Positions 29,462 to 38,007 of a DNA stretch of 64,000 bases are shown piece by piece (the first letter of the stretch is position 1; every line of letters begins with the position of its first letter). A program made the position numbers and the translations under genes. The notes beneath the pieces were generated by a model that searched no databases, was not told where the DNA came from, and saw only the letters and a program-made list of their open reading frames with translations. This stretch comes from an uncultured Vicinamibacteraceae bacterium (GTDB taxonomy: Bacteria > Acidobacteriota > Vicinamibacteria > Vicinamibacterales > Vicinamibacteraceae). The stretch is from NCBI GenBank assembly GCA_964430855.1, contig CAYSHC010000002.1, positions 2,376 through 66,375 on the forward strand, given 5' to 3'.

Positions 29462-30793
29462 TTGCACCAGGACGAGCACGTGGCCGTGAAGTGGACACCG
29501 GGCCGACCGCGCGTCGTGGTCATCGGGGGCGGGTTTGGCGGCCTCGCCGCCGTCCGCGGCCTCCGGTGGGCGGACGTCGACGTCGTGCTCGTCGACAGGC
29601 GCAACCATCACCTCTTTCAGCCGCTGCTGTACCAGGTGGCGACGGCTGGCCTCTCGCCCGGCGACATCGCTGCGCCGATCCGGTGGGTCCTGCGGTCACA
29701 GCGCAACGTCCAGGTGCTGCTTGCCAGCGTCGAGGCAATCGACACGGTCGAGCAGTGCCTGCACCTCGACGTGGGAAAGCTCGGCTACGACTATCTCATC
29801 GTCGCCACGGGCGCGACGCATGCGTACTTTGGTCACGACGAGTGGCAGTCGTACGCGCCAGGCCTCAAGTCGCTCGAGGACGCCGGTCTCATCCGGCGGC
29901 GGCTGCTGCTCGCCTTCGAGCAGGCCGAGCGGACGAGCGACCCGGACCTGCAGCAGCGCCTGCTGACCTTCGTGGTCGTCGGCGCCGGGCCGACAGGCGT
30001 CGAGCTGGCCGGCGCCATCGCCGAGCTCGCACGATTCGCGCTCGCGCGTGATTTCCGACGTATCGACCCGCGCAGGGCGCGTGTCGTCCTGATCGAGGCC
30101 GGCCCGCACGTGCTCTCGACGTTTCCCGAGCCGCTTCGGGAGAAGGCCGTGCTGTCGCTCCGTGGCCTCGGCGTGCACGTCCGGACCAACGCTCCCGTCA
30201 CGCACATCGAGGAGGGCCGCGTCGAGCTGGCCAGCGGCGAGATCCTCGAGGCCGGCCTGGTACTGTGGGCGGCGGGGGTCGCCGCGTCGCCGCTCGGCGC
30301 GACGCTCGGCGTGCCGCTCGACCGCAACGGGCGCGTCATCGTCTCGCCCGACCTCGGTGTTCCCGGCACCACGAACGTGTTCGTCGTTGGCGACCTGGCG
30401 CGCATCGAGCAGGACGGCCGCGTGGTGCCGGGCGTGGCGCCGGCCGCGATGCAGGCGGGCGCGCATGCGGCGGAGAACGTCCTGCGGCGCATCGGCAACC
30501 AGCCGACCCGGCCCTTCCGCTACAAGGACCCGGGGAACATGGCCACGATAGGCAGGGCCTCGGCCATCGCCGATTTCGGCCGCTTCCACGCCTCGGGGTT
30601 GATCGGGTGGCTGCTCTGGCTGTTCGTGCACATCATGCAGCTCACCGGGTTCCGCAATCGTCTCGTGGTGCTTACCGAATGGGCATGGGCGTACGTCACT
30701 CACCAGCGCGGGATCCGGCTCATCACGGGCGTCGACCCCGAGGGCAACCCCACGCAGCCGTCGTCCCCCTCGTCGTCGCCGCCGTCTGCCTGA
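29462..30793 (+). CDS. ndh: type II NADH dehydrogenase (NDH-2) family FAD-dependent oxidoreductase
   Basis: TTG at 29462 lies 5 nt after AGGAGG. Contains RVVVIGGGFGGLAA, HLFQPLLYQVATAGLSPGDIA and VVVGAGPTGVELAG. Confidence 0.85.
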   Translation: MHQDEHVAVKWTPGRPRVVVIGGGFGGLAAVRGLRWADVDVVLVDRRNHHLFQPLLYQVATAGLSPGDIAAPIRWVLRSQRNVQVLLASVEAIDTVEQCLHLDVGKLGYDYLIVATGATHAYFGHDEWQSYAPGLKSLEDAGLIRRRLLLAFEQAERTSDPDLQQRLLTFVVVGAGPTGVELAGAIAELARFALARDFRRIDPRRARVVLIEAGPHVLSTFPEPLREKAVLSLRGLGVHVRTNAPVTHIEEGRVELASGEILEAGLVLWAAGVAASPLGATLGVPLDRNGRVIVSPDLGVPGTTNVFVVGDLARIEQDGRVVPGVAPAAMQAGAHAAENVLRRIGNQPTRPFRYKDPGNMATIGRASAIADFGRFHASGLIGWLLWLFVHIMQLTGFRNRLVVLTEWAWAYVTHQRGIRLITGVDPEGNPTQPSSPSSSPPSA

Positions 30794-31821
30794 TCGCCGG
30801 CAGCGTGCGGCTGCCGGCAGGCTGGCAACGGGCCTGGCAGGAGCGTGTGTACGGCCTGCTGCAACCTGTGCTGAGCACGGCCTCGACGTGGGTGCCCATC
30901 GCGCTGCTGGACGTCGTCGTCGTCGCCGCCGCGGGAGGACTGGTCGTCCTCGTGACGCTGGCCTTGCGCACGAGGCGGCTCGTGCTGCCGTCGGCATGGC
31001 TGCTGGCCGCGGCATCAGCCGGATGGCTGCTGTTCCAGGTGCTCTGGGGCTGGCACTACCAGACGCCCACGCTCGAGGCGCGACTGCTGCCGGAGAACCC
31101 GCGGGATGCCCTGGACGCCGCCGCACCCCTCGTCTCGGCGTACGCCGTCGCCCGGCTCAACGCGTTGCACGGCACGGCGCACGGACGGCCCTGGCCGGAC
31201 ACGGCGGGCATCGCCGCCAGCCTCGAGCCCGCGCTGCGCGACGCGCTCGCCGACGCGGGCGTCGCCTGGCGGCCCGTGCTGCCGCCGCCGAAGAGGACGC
31301 TGCTTGACGGCTACTTCCGCCGGACGGGCATCGACGGCCTTACCAACCCGTTCGGCCTGGAGGTGGTGCTGCACGCGCGTCTGCTGCCTGTCGAGCAGCC
31401 CGCCGTGCTCGCACACGAGTGGGCGCACCTGGCCGGCCTGGCCGACGAGTCGGACGCCAGCTTCGTGGCGTGGATGGCTGGCGTCCGCGCGGGCGGCCAG
31501 ATGGAGTACGCCGCGTGGCTGGCGGTGCTGCCACATCTGGCGCAGGCGCTCTCGCGCGACGAACGCCCGTCGATCCTCGGGGCGCTCGACGCCGGGCCGC
31601 GTGCCGACCTCGAGGCCATGGCCCGGCGCGCACGGGATCGCTGGCCGGCCCTGCAGCAGGTCGCATGGCGCGTCTACGACAGGTTTCTGAAGGCGAACCG
31701 GGTGGAAGAGGGGATTGCCCGCTACGACGCGGTGACGCGTCTGGTGCTGCTGGCTGCCGACGCGGAGACCGGACGGCTCAAGGCGCGTCGCGGCAGCGGT
31801 GGGGAAAAGGGACGCCGCTGA
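30679..31821 (+). CDS. DUF3810-family putative membrane Zn-metalloprotease
   Basis: Contains N-terminal TM segments and VLAHEWAHLAGLADESDASFVAW (HExxH plus ExxA-like). The start is uncertain: ATG at 30679/30685 overlaps the end of ndh. Confidence 0.65.
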   Translation: MGMGVRHSPARDPAHHGRRPRGQPHAAVVPLVVAAVCLIAGSVRLPAGWQRAWQERVYGLLQPVLSTASTWVPIALLDVVVVAAAGGLVVLVTLALRTRRLVLPSAWLLAAASAGWLLFQVLWGWHYQTPTLEARLLPENPRDALDAAAPLVSAYAVARLNALHGTAHGRPWPDTAGIAASLEPALRDALADAGVAWRPVLPPPKRTLLDGYFRRTGIDGLTNPFGLEVVLHARLLPVEQPAVLAHEWAHLAGLADESDASFVAWMAGVRAGGQMEYAAWLAVLPHLAQALSRDERPSILGALDAGPRADLEAMARRARDRWPALQQVAWRVYDRFLKANRVEEGIARYDAVTRLVLLAADAETGRLKARRGSGGEKGRR

Positions 31822-31828
31822 GCGGGCG

Positions 31829-32638
31829 TCAGGTGGTGGGCGTCGAACGGCCCCTGACGGTGACGCTGCCGTTGACGGTCTCGATGCTCAGGGAGGGGCC
31901 GCCGCCGTTGAGGCGCCCGTCGAAGCGCCGCCGTCGGTCCTCGTCCTCGTCGACGTCGGTGAACCCGTCGACCGAGATCCTGCCGTTCACCGTGCGGACG
32001 GTCAGGTTGGCGGCGAGGCCGGCGGGGAAGGTCAGCTCGACGCTCCCGTTTACCGTCTCGAATCTCGCGCCTTCCGCGGGGACGCGATCGAGGGTGAGGT
32101 CGACGGAGCCGTTGACCGTCTCGGCCCGTCGGACCTGGCCGAGCGCCGAACCGCGCACCCGCCCGTTCACGGTCTCCAGATCGACGACCCCACGAACGGC
32201 CTCGATGGTGAGGGAGCCGTTGGTCGTCCGCAGCGTCAGCGAGGCGTTGCGCGGCACGCGGACGTCGTAGCGCACCTCGGCCTGCTGTCCGATCGAGAAC
32301 GACGACGGCCGGGTCGTCGTCAACGAGAGCGACGTGCCATCCACCTCTTCGGCAATGGTCGTCGCGGAGAGCAGCTGCCTGGCGCCCTCCTCGCTCCCCG
32401 CCTTGACCGTGCGCTCGGCACGAACCTCGACGCGCGTGCCGTCGTGACCCTCGACCGTCACCGCGCCATTCGTGTTGGCGATGCTGACGCTGGGACTGTC
32501 GCCGAGGTCGTAGGTGCGCTCCCAGGTGTCGCTGGCGCTGAAGCGCGGGCGGCCCGCGACCATGAGCTCACAGCCCGCCGACCCGAGAAGGGCCGCGGCC
32601 AGGACGGCTGCCGGCACACGCCGAGAGAGCACGCGCAT
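31829..32638 (-). CDS. DUF4097-family beta-repeat lipoprotein (putative adhesin)
   Basis: ATG at 32638. Lipobox LLGSAGC. Reiterated TxNGxv motifs: TNGAVTVEG, TTNGSLTIEA, TVNGRVRG, TVNGSVDLT, TVNGSVELT, TVNGRISVD, TVNGSVTVRG. Confidence 0.75.
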   Translation of the reverse strand: MRVLSRRVPAAVLAAALLGSAGCELMVAGRPRFSASDTWERTYDLGDSPSVSIANTNGAVTVEGHDGTRVEVRAERTVKAGSEEGARQLLSATTIAEEVDGTSLSLTTTRPSSFSIGQQAEVRYDVRVPRNASLTLRTTNGSLTIEAVRGVVDLETVNGRVRGSALGQVRRAETVNGSVDLTLDRVPAEGARFETVNGSVELTFPAGLAANLTVRTVNGRISVDGFTDVDEDEDRRRRFDGRLNGGGPSLSIETVNGSVTVRGRSTPTT

Positions 32639-32826
32639 ATAGCTGTTGAGACGGCCTGGCGGCGCCAAGGTTCCCTGGACCGGGGCGGCACACCCGATCG
32701 CAATCTCGTACGAGCGCTTACGGAACTGTAACCCTCGCATGGGTACCAGGCGACGTCGTGCGGCCAAGTCTGTGCCGATTCGGCCCGATTGCGCAAGACG
32801 GCGGGAGCCGCCGCCGGCGGAGGGCC

Positions 32827-32842
32827 GGGCACCGCCTTTGCC
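32827..32842 (+). promoter_or_regulatory. sigma54-type -24/-12 promoter candidate
   Basis: gGGCACcgcctTTGCc matches GGCAC-N5-TTGC exactly. It lies 18 nt (ATG 32860) or 48 nt (ATG 32890) upstream of the possible starts of the FN3/IPT gene. Confidence 0.4.
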
Positions 32843-32859
32843 TCGACACATGGGCGGGA

Positions 32860-35835
32860 ATGCCGTCTCTGCTGCGCCTGTTCGCGTCGATGAGCCGCCT
32901 GGCCGTTACGGCCGTGCTCGTCCTCCTGACGCTTGCATCGGCAGCCCAGGCAGGCACCGTCAGGCTCCAGTGGAAGCCGAACGCGGAGGCGAACCTCGCC
33001 GGCTACGTCGTGCTCTACGGTACCGCGTCCGGCGTCTACACCCAGTCCTTCGAGGTTGGCCCGACGGTGACGACCGTCGAGGTGCCCGACCTGCCGGACG
33101 GGGCGACCTATTACTTCGCCGTCCGCGCCTACAACACCTCGGGCCTCCAGAGCCCGCTGTCGAACGAGGCGTCCGTCTACCTCAGCCCGAAACCCCCGCC
33201 GCCGCCTGTGGTCACCGGCATGTCGCCGACGAGCGGCCCGATGGGCGGCAACACGCAGGTGACGCTCACCGGCGCGAACTTCACCGCGGGCACCGTCGTG
33301 CGCTTCGGCGCCACGGCCGGGACGGTGCAGAGCGTCTCGGCGGGCAGCATCGTCGTCCGGACGCCGGCGCTGCCGGTCGGTTCCGTCGCGGTGACGGTGA
33401 CGCGGCCCGACGGACAGGCGGCCACGGCGCCGGGCACGTTCACCGCGATGGCGCCGACGCCCGTCATCTCCGCCGTCACGCCGGCGTCGGGGCCGACAAG
33501 CGGCGGCACGAGCGTGACAATCACGGGCAGCCAGTTCGTCTCCGGCGCCACCGTCACGATCGGGGGCGCGCCTGCGGCCGTTGCCTCGCTGACCTCCACG
33601 GCGATCGTCGTCACGACGCCGGCCCGTGCCGCCGGGGCCGCCGACGTCAAGGTGACCAACCCCGGCGGACCGAGTGCGACCAGGGCCGCGGCGTTCACCT
33701 ACGTCGCTCCCGCGCCCGTGATCACGGCGATGTCGCCGACAAACGGGCCGACGAGCGGCAACGCGCTGGTCACGCTGTCCGGGATGCACTTCACCGCGGG
33801 CGCGGTCGTGCGGTTCGGGTCGGCCGCAGGTGCCGTGCAGAGCATCTCGCCGACGGCCATCGTGGTGCGGACGCCTGCCCTGGCCGCAGGCACGTACCCG
33901 GTGACCGTGACGCTGCCGGACGGGCAGTCGGCGGCGGCGCCGGGCGCGTACACGGCCGTCACGCCGTCGCTCCTCATCACGGCTGTCGGGCCGGCGTGGG
34001 GACCCGTCACCGGCGGGACCAGCGTGACGATCACCGGCGGGCAGTTCCAGACGGGCGCGTCGGTCACCGTGGGCGGCGTGCTCGCCGCGATCGCGTCGAT
34101 CTCGCCGACGGCCATCGTCATCATGACGCCGGCCCATGCGGCCGGCGCCGTGGACGTCAAGGTTGTCAACCCTGACGGCGCGACGGCGGTCAGCGCCGGC
34201 GCCTTCACCTACAGGGCCCCGGCTCCCGTCCTGACCGGTGTCCTGCCGGCGGCCGGGCCCGTCTCCGGCGGCACCGTCGTCACGGTGACGGGCGAGGGCT
34301 TCACGGGCGGCGCGGCGGTCCTGTTCGACGGCGTCGAGGGCGTGGTCACCGCACGAACGTCCACGCAGATCGAGGCCATCGCGCCGGCCCGCCCCGCGGG
34401 TGCCGTCACGGTGACCGTTCGCAACGAGGACGGGCAGACGAGTAGCCTGCCGGGCGCGTACACGTACGAGGACGAGCAGGAGACGGGTACGCCGACGTCG
34501 ACGCCACCCCCGCCGTTTGTCAGGTACTTCGCCGAGGGCGTCCACAGCGGGTTCTTCGATACGCGCTTCGCGCTGGCCAACCCGCACGACACGGACGCGT
34601 CGGTGACGGCGACCTTCACCGACCCGTTCGGCACGGAGGTCCCGATGCACATCGTCGTGCCGGCCGGCGGTCACGTGACCGTCGACCGCTCGAACATGCC
34701 GGCGCTGGCCAACGAGGCGTTCGCGACGCGGTTCGAGAGCGACGTCGAGATCGGCATCGACAGGACGGTGCAGTGGGATTCGGCCGGCTACGGCGCGCAC
34801 AGCGAGACGGGCATCGCCTCGCCGCGGACGTCCTGGTACTTCGCGGAGGGGGCCACGCACTCGGGCTTCGACCTCTTCTACCTGCTCCAGAACCCGGCAG
34901 ACGAGACGGCTGTCGTCCGCGTCAGGTACCTGCTCGGCACCGGGCAGGTCATCGAGCGGGTCCACCACGTGGCGCCGTTCGCGCGGACGAACATCTGGGT
35001 GAACTACGACCACCCGGCCCTCGCCTCGGCGGAGATCTCGGCGGAACTCACGTCGCTCAACGGCGTGCCCATCGTCGCCGAGCGCTCGATGTACCAGAGC
35101 CTGAACGGCCAGCTCTTCACGTCGGGGCACAACAGCGGCGGCGTCGCCACGCCGTCCACCCAGTGGTTCCTGGCGGAGGGCACGACCGGCAGCACGTTCG
35201 ACATGTTCATGCTGGTGGCCAACCCCAACGCCACCCCGGCGAAGCTGCACGTGACGTACCTGCTCGCCGTCGGCCCGCCTGTCGTCCGGTCGTACACGGT
35301 GCCGGCCAACAGCCGCTTCACCGTCTGGGTCGACTACGAGGACCCGCGCCTGGCCCAGGCGGATGTCTCGGTCGTGGTCACCTCGACCAACGACGTGCCC
35401 GTCATTGTCGAGCGCACCATGTGGTGGGCCGACAGGCCAGGCCAGCCATGGACCGAGGCGCACAACAGCGCCGGCGTGACCTCGAGCGCGCCCGCGTGGG
35501 TGCTCGCCGACGGCGAGTCGTCCACCGCACGCGGCGCCGTGACCTACGCGCTCGTCGCCAACACGAGCCCGAAGGCGACGCCGGTCCGCTTCACGCTCCT
35601 GACGCCACAGGGTCGCGGTCGCAGCGTCCAGGCGACGGTTGCCGCCAGGAGCCGCTACTCGATCGATGTCGCGATGACATTCCCGGAGGCCCTCGACAGC
35701 CGCTTCGGCCTGCTGGTCGAGAGCCTCGACGGCGCGGCGCTGGTGGTCGAGCGCGCGAGCTACTGGAACGCCGGTGGCATCACGTGGGCCGCCGGCACGG
35801 CCAGCCTCGGCATGCCGCTCGCCGGCAGCCGATAA
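32860..35835 (+). CDS. secreted multidomain protein: signal peptide, FN3, 5x IPT/TIG, and an uncharacterised C-terminal fourfold repeat of about 108 aa
   Basis: Signal peptide ...LLTLASAAQA. FN3 segment: LQWKPNAEANLAGYVVLYG...YYFAVRAYNTSGLQSPLSNE. Five units of about 82 aa (P.(V/I)T...P..GP..GGT.VT(I/L)TG..F..GA.V.(F/I)GG). Then four repeats begin at nt 34515, 34833, 35164 and 35497. An alternative start is ATG at 32890. Confidence 0.88.
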   Translation: MPSLLRLFASMSRLAVTAVLVLLTLASAAQAGTVRLQWKPNAEANLAGYVVLYGTASGVYTQSFEVGPTVTTVEVPDLPDGATYYFAVRAYNTSGLQSPLSNEASVYLSPKPPPPPVVTGMSPTSGPMGGNTQVTLTGANFTAGTVVRFGATAGTVQSVSAGSIVVRTPALPVGSVAVTVTRPDGQAATAPGTFTAMAPTPVISAVTPASGPTSGGTSVTITGSQFVSGATVTIGGAPAAVASLTSTAIVVTTPARAAGAADVKVTNPGGPSATRAAAFTYVAPAPVITAMSPTNGPTSGNALVTLSGMHFTAGAVVRFGSAAGAVQSISPTAIVVRTPALAAGTYPVTVTLPDGQSAAAPGAYTAVTPSLLITAVGPAWGPVTGGTSVTITGGQFQTGASVTVGGVLAAIASISPTAIVIMTPAHAAGAVDVKVVNPDGATAVSAGAFTYRAPAPVLTGVLPAAGPVSGGTVVTVTGEGFTGGAAVLFDGVEGVVTARTSTQIEAIAPARPAGAVTVTVRNEDGQTSSLPGAYTYEDEQETGTPTSTPPPPFVRYFAEGVHSGFFDTRFALANPHDTDASVTATFTDPFGTEVPMHIVVPAGGHVTVDRSNMPALANEAFATRFESDVEIGIDRTVQWDSAGYGAHSETGIASPRTSWYFAEGATHSGFDLFYLLQNPADETAVVRVRYLLGTGQVIERVHHVAPFARTNIWVNYDHPALASAEISAELTSLNGVPIVAERSMYQSLNGQLFTSGHNSGGVATPSTQWFLAEGTTGSTFDMFMLVANPNATPAKLHVTYLLAVGPPVVRSYTVPANSRFTVWVDYEDPRLAQADVSVVVTSTNDVPVIVERTMWWADRPGQPWTEAHNSAGVTSSAPAWVLADGESSTARGAVTYALVANTSPKATPVRFTLLTPQGRGRSVQATVAARSRYSIDVAMTFPEALDSRFGLLVESLDGAALVVERASYWNAGGITWAAGTASLGMPLAGSR

Positions 35836-36017
35836 GGCCTTCCGACTAACAAATTTGTATGCCTGAGCTGGCCTCAAGAGTGCCAGATCGCTGACGATTC
35901 CGTAATCAGCGCTGCCGCCGCGGAATGGTCGAGATCGCCGGGTTGCCGACATTTGCCCGCGTTTTCGCCCCGTTTCGCGTCGGCCTTCGAGGCACGGAGG
36001 TTGCCCTGTTACCGGGC

Positions 36018-37946
36018 GTGAAGATTCGAGTGTCGTTTCGTCGTGCGCTGCACGCGCTGCTCCTCTGCGTGCTGGCGTTCGGCCCGGGCGTCACAGCTGC
36101 TGCGGCCGAAGACGTGCAGCTGGTCTGGGATCCCAACACCGAGCCAGACCTTGCCGGCTACGTCGTGCTGATTGGCACGGCGCCTCGCGTCTACACCCAG
36201 TCGGTCGAGGTGGGGCCGGCGCAGCCCTTCGCGTCAATCAGCGGCCTGCCTGGCGGTCTCACCTACTACTTCGCGGTCCGCGCGTTCAACACCGCCGGTC
36301 TCCAGAGCGGCCTGTCGAACGAGGTCTCGGTGTTTGTCGCCAATGACACCGCGCCTGCCGGCCCTGCGCCCGTGGTCACCAAGGCCACGCCCTCGTCCGG
36401 CCCGGCGGGGGGCGGCACGCTCGTCGCGCTCAACGTCACCGGGCTGAAGCCCGGCGCCACCGTCACCTTCGGCGGGCAGAGTGCCGTCGTCATCTCGTCG
36501 ACAGCCTCGTCGCTCATCGTCGTCGCGCCGGCGCACACGGCGGGGAAGGCCCCCATCGTGGTGCGGAACCCCGACGGCGCCGCGAGCGACGGGTCCGTGG
36601 CGTTCACCTATCAGGCCGGCGATCCGCCCGCGTGGGACTTCGTCCGCTACTTCGCCGAGGGCGCGCAGAGCGGGTTCTTCGAGACGCGCTTCGCCCTGGC
36701 CAACCCCCACGACCATCCGGTGGCGCTGCGCATCACGCTTACCGACGTCTTCGGCACCGAGACCGTCCTCACGCGGACGCTGGCGGCGGGCGCGCGCATG
36801 ACGCTCGACCGGTCGAACCTGCCGCCGCTCAAGAGCGAGGCGTTCGGCTCGCGCTTCGAGGCCAGCCACCCGATTGGCATCGACCGCACCATGACGTGGG
36901 ATGTCGCCCACGGGTACGGGTCGCACTCGGAGACGGGCATTCAGGAGCCGCGCACCACCTGGTACCTCGCGGAGGGCGCGACGCACAGCGGCTTCAATCT
37001 CTTCTACCTGCTCCAGAACTCCACCGACAAGGCGGCGCAGGTGCGCGTGCGCTACCTGCTCTCGACGGGCGACGTGATCGTGAAGAACCACGTGGTGGCG
37101 CCGCGGGCCCGCACCAACATCTGGGTGAACCTCGACGACCCGGTGCTCGCCTCGGCGGAGATGTCGGCGCATATCGAGTCGACCAACGGCGTCCCCATCG
37201 TCGTCGAGCGGTCGATGTACCTCGACCACGGGGGACAGCTCTTCACCGCGGGCCACAACAGCGGCGCGCTCCCCGCGGCAAGCACGCGCTGGTTCCTGGC
37301 GGAGGGCTCCACGGGCGATTACTTCGACACGTTCATCCTGGTGGCCAACCCGAACAGCGCGCCGGCGCAGCTGCGCGTCACCTACCTCCGCGCGGGTGAC
37401 AGGCCCGTGGAGGTCCCCTACACGGTGGCACCCAACAGCCGGCTCACCATCTGGGTCGACCAGCAGCCGGGGCTCTCCCATGCCGACGTCTCGGCGATCG
37501 TCGAGAGCGTCAACGACCAGCCCGTGATCGTCGAGCGCTCGATGTGGTGGCCCGGCGTCGCCGGCGGACCGTGGACCGAGGCGCACAACAGCGCCGCCGT
37601 CACCACGACGGCTTCACGCTGGGTGGTTGCCGACGGCGAGGACTCGCCGGCAACCACCACCTACGTCCTCGTGGCGAACACGGGCGACGAGGACGCACGC
37701 GTGCGGTTCACGCTGCTCGGCCCCTCGGGCAAGGTGAACAAGGTCACGCTGACGGTGAAGGCCCAGCAGCGGTTCTCGATGGACGTGGGCGCGACGTTTG
37801 CCGAGGCGCGCAACACGCGCTTCGGGGTGCTCGTGGAGGCCGAGGACCCCGACGCGCCGCTCGTCGTCGAGCGGGCGACGTACTCGGACGCCCAGGGCAT
37901 CCCGTGGGCGGCAGGATCCAACAGCCTGGGCACGCCGCTCGACTGA
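36018..37946 (+). CDS. paralogous secreted protein: signal peptide, FN3, 1x IPT/TIG, and the same C-terminal fourfold repeat
   Basis: GTG at 36018 (or 36030). Signal peptide ALHALLLCVLAFGPGVTAAAA. FN3 segment: LVWDPNTEPDLAGYVVLIG...YYFAVRAFNTAGLQSGLSNE. One IPT unit. Repeats begin at nt 36639, 36959, 37290 and 37620. By eye, about two-thirds identical to the upstream gene over the C-terminal region. Confidence 0.85.
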   Translation: MKIRVSFRRALHALLLCVLAFGPGVTAAAAEDVQLVWDPNTEPDLAGYVVLIGTAPRVYTQSVEVGPAQPFASISGLPGGLTYYFAVRAFNTAGLQSGLSNEVSVFVANDTAPAGPAPVVTKATPSSGPAGGGTLVALNVTGLKPGATVTFGGQSAVVISSTASSLIVVAPAHTAGKAPIVVRNPDGAASDGSVAFTYQAGDPPAWDFVRYFAEGAQSGFFETRFALANPHDHPVALRITLTDVFGTETVLTRTLAAGARMTLDRSNLPPLKSEAFGSRFEASHPIGIDRTMTWDVAHGYGSHSETGIQEPRTTWYLAEGATHSGFNLFYLLQNSTDKAAQVRVRYLLSTGDVIVKNHVVAPRARTNIWVNLDDPVLASAEMSAHIESTNGVPIVVERSMYLDHGGQLFTAGHNSGALPAASTRWFLAEGSTGDYFDTFILVANPNSAPAQLRVTYLRAGDRPVEVPYTVAPNSRLTIWVDQQPGLSHADVSAIVESVNDQPVIVERSMWWPGVAGGPWTEAHNSAAVTTTASRWVVADGEDSPATTTYVLVANTGDEDARVRFTLLGPSGKVNKVTLTVKAQQRFSMDVGATFAEARNTRFGVLVEAEDPDAPLVVERATYSDAQGIPWAAGSNSLGTPLD

Positions 37947-38007
37947 GGTCGATGGGATAAGCTAGCCCCTCGACGCGTCGTCCCCCACGACGCCTCCCCG
38001 AGGAGAC

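Noticed and set aside
33205-34465. Periodic repeats of about 246 bp considered as a possible CRISPR or other non-coding array
   Set aside because: The repeats are in-frame IPT/TIG domain units of a single long ORF. The period is far too long, the copies are degenerate at the DNA level, and there is no repeat-spacer structure and no cas genes.
32458-35952. 1164-aa minus-strand ORF covering the whole first FN3/IPT gene
   Set aside because: It is antisense to a gene with clear domain structure. Its translation is Arg/Gly/Asp/His-rich low-complexity sequence with no motifs. This is a typical high-GC shadow ORF.
32860-37946. Diversity-generating retroelement idea (template/variable repeats between the two paralogs)
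   Set aside because: There is no reverse transcriptase or accessory gene anywhere in the window. Differences between the paralogs are spread over all codon positions and residues rather than being adenine-specific in one short tract.
37975-37993. GCGTCGT-ccccc-ACGACGC hairpin after the second paralog, considered as a terminator
   Set aside because: The stem is only 7 bp with no U-tract, and the next gene's Shine-Dalgarno follows immediately. The evidence is insufficient to call it a terminator.
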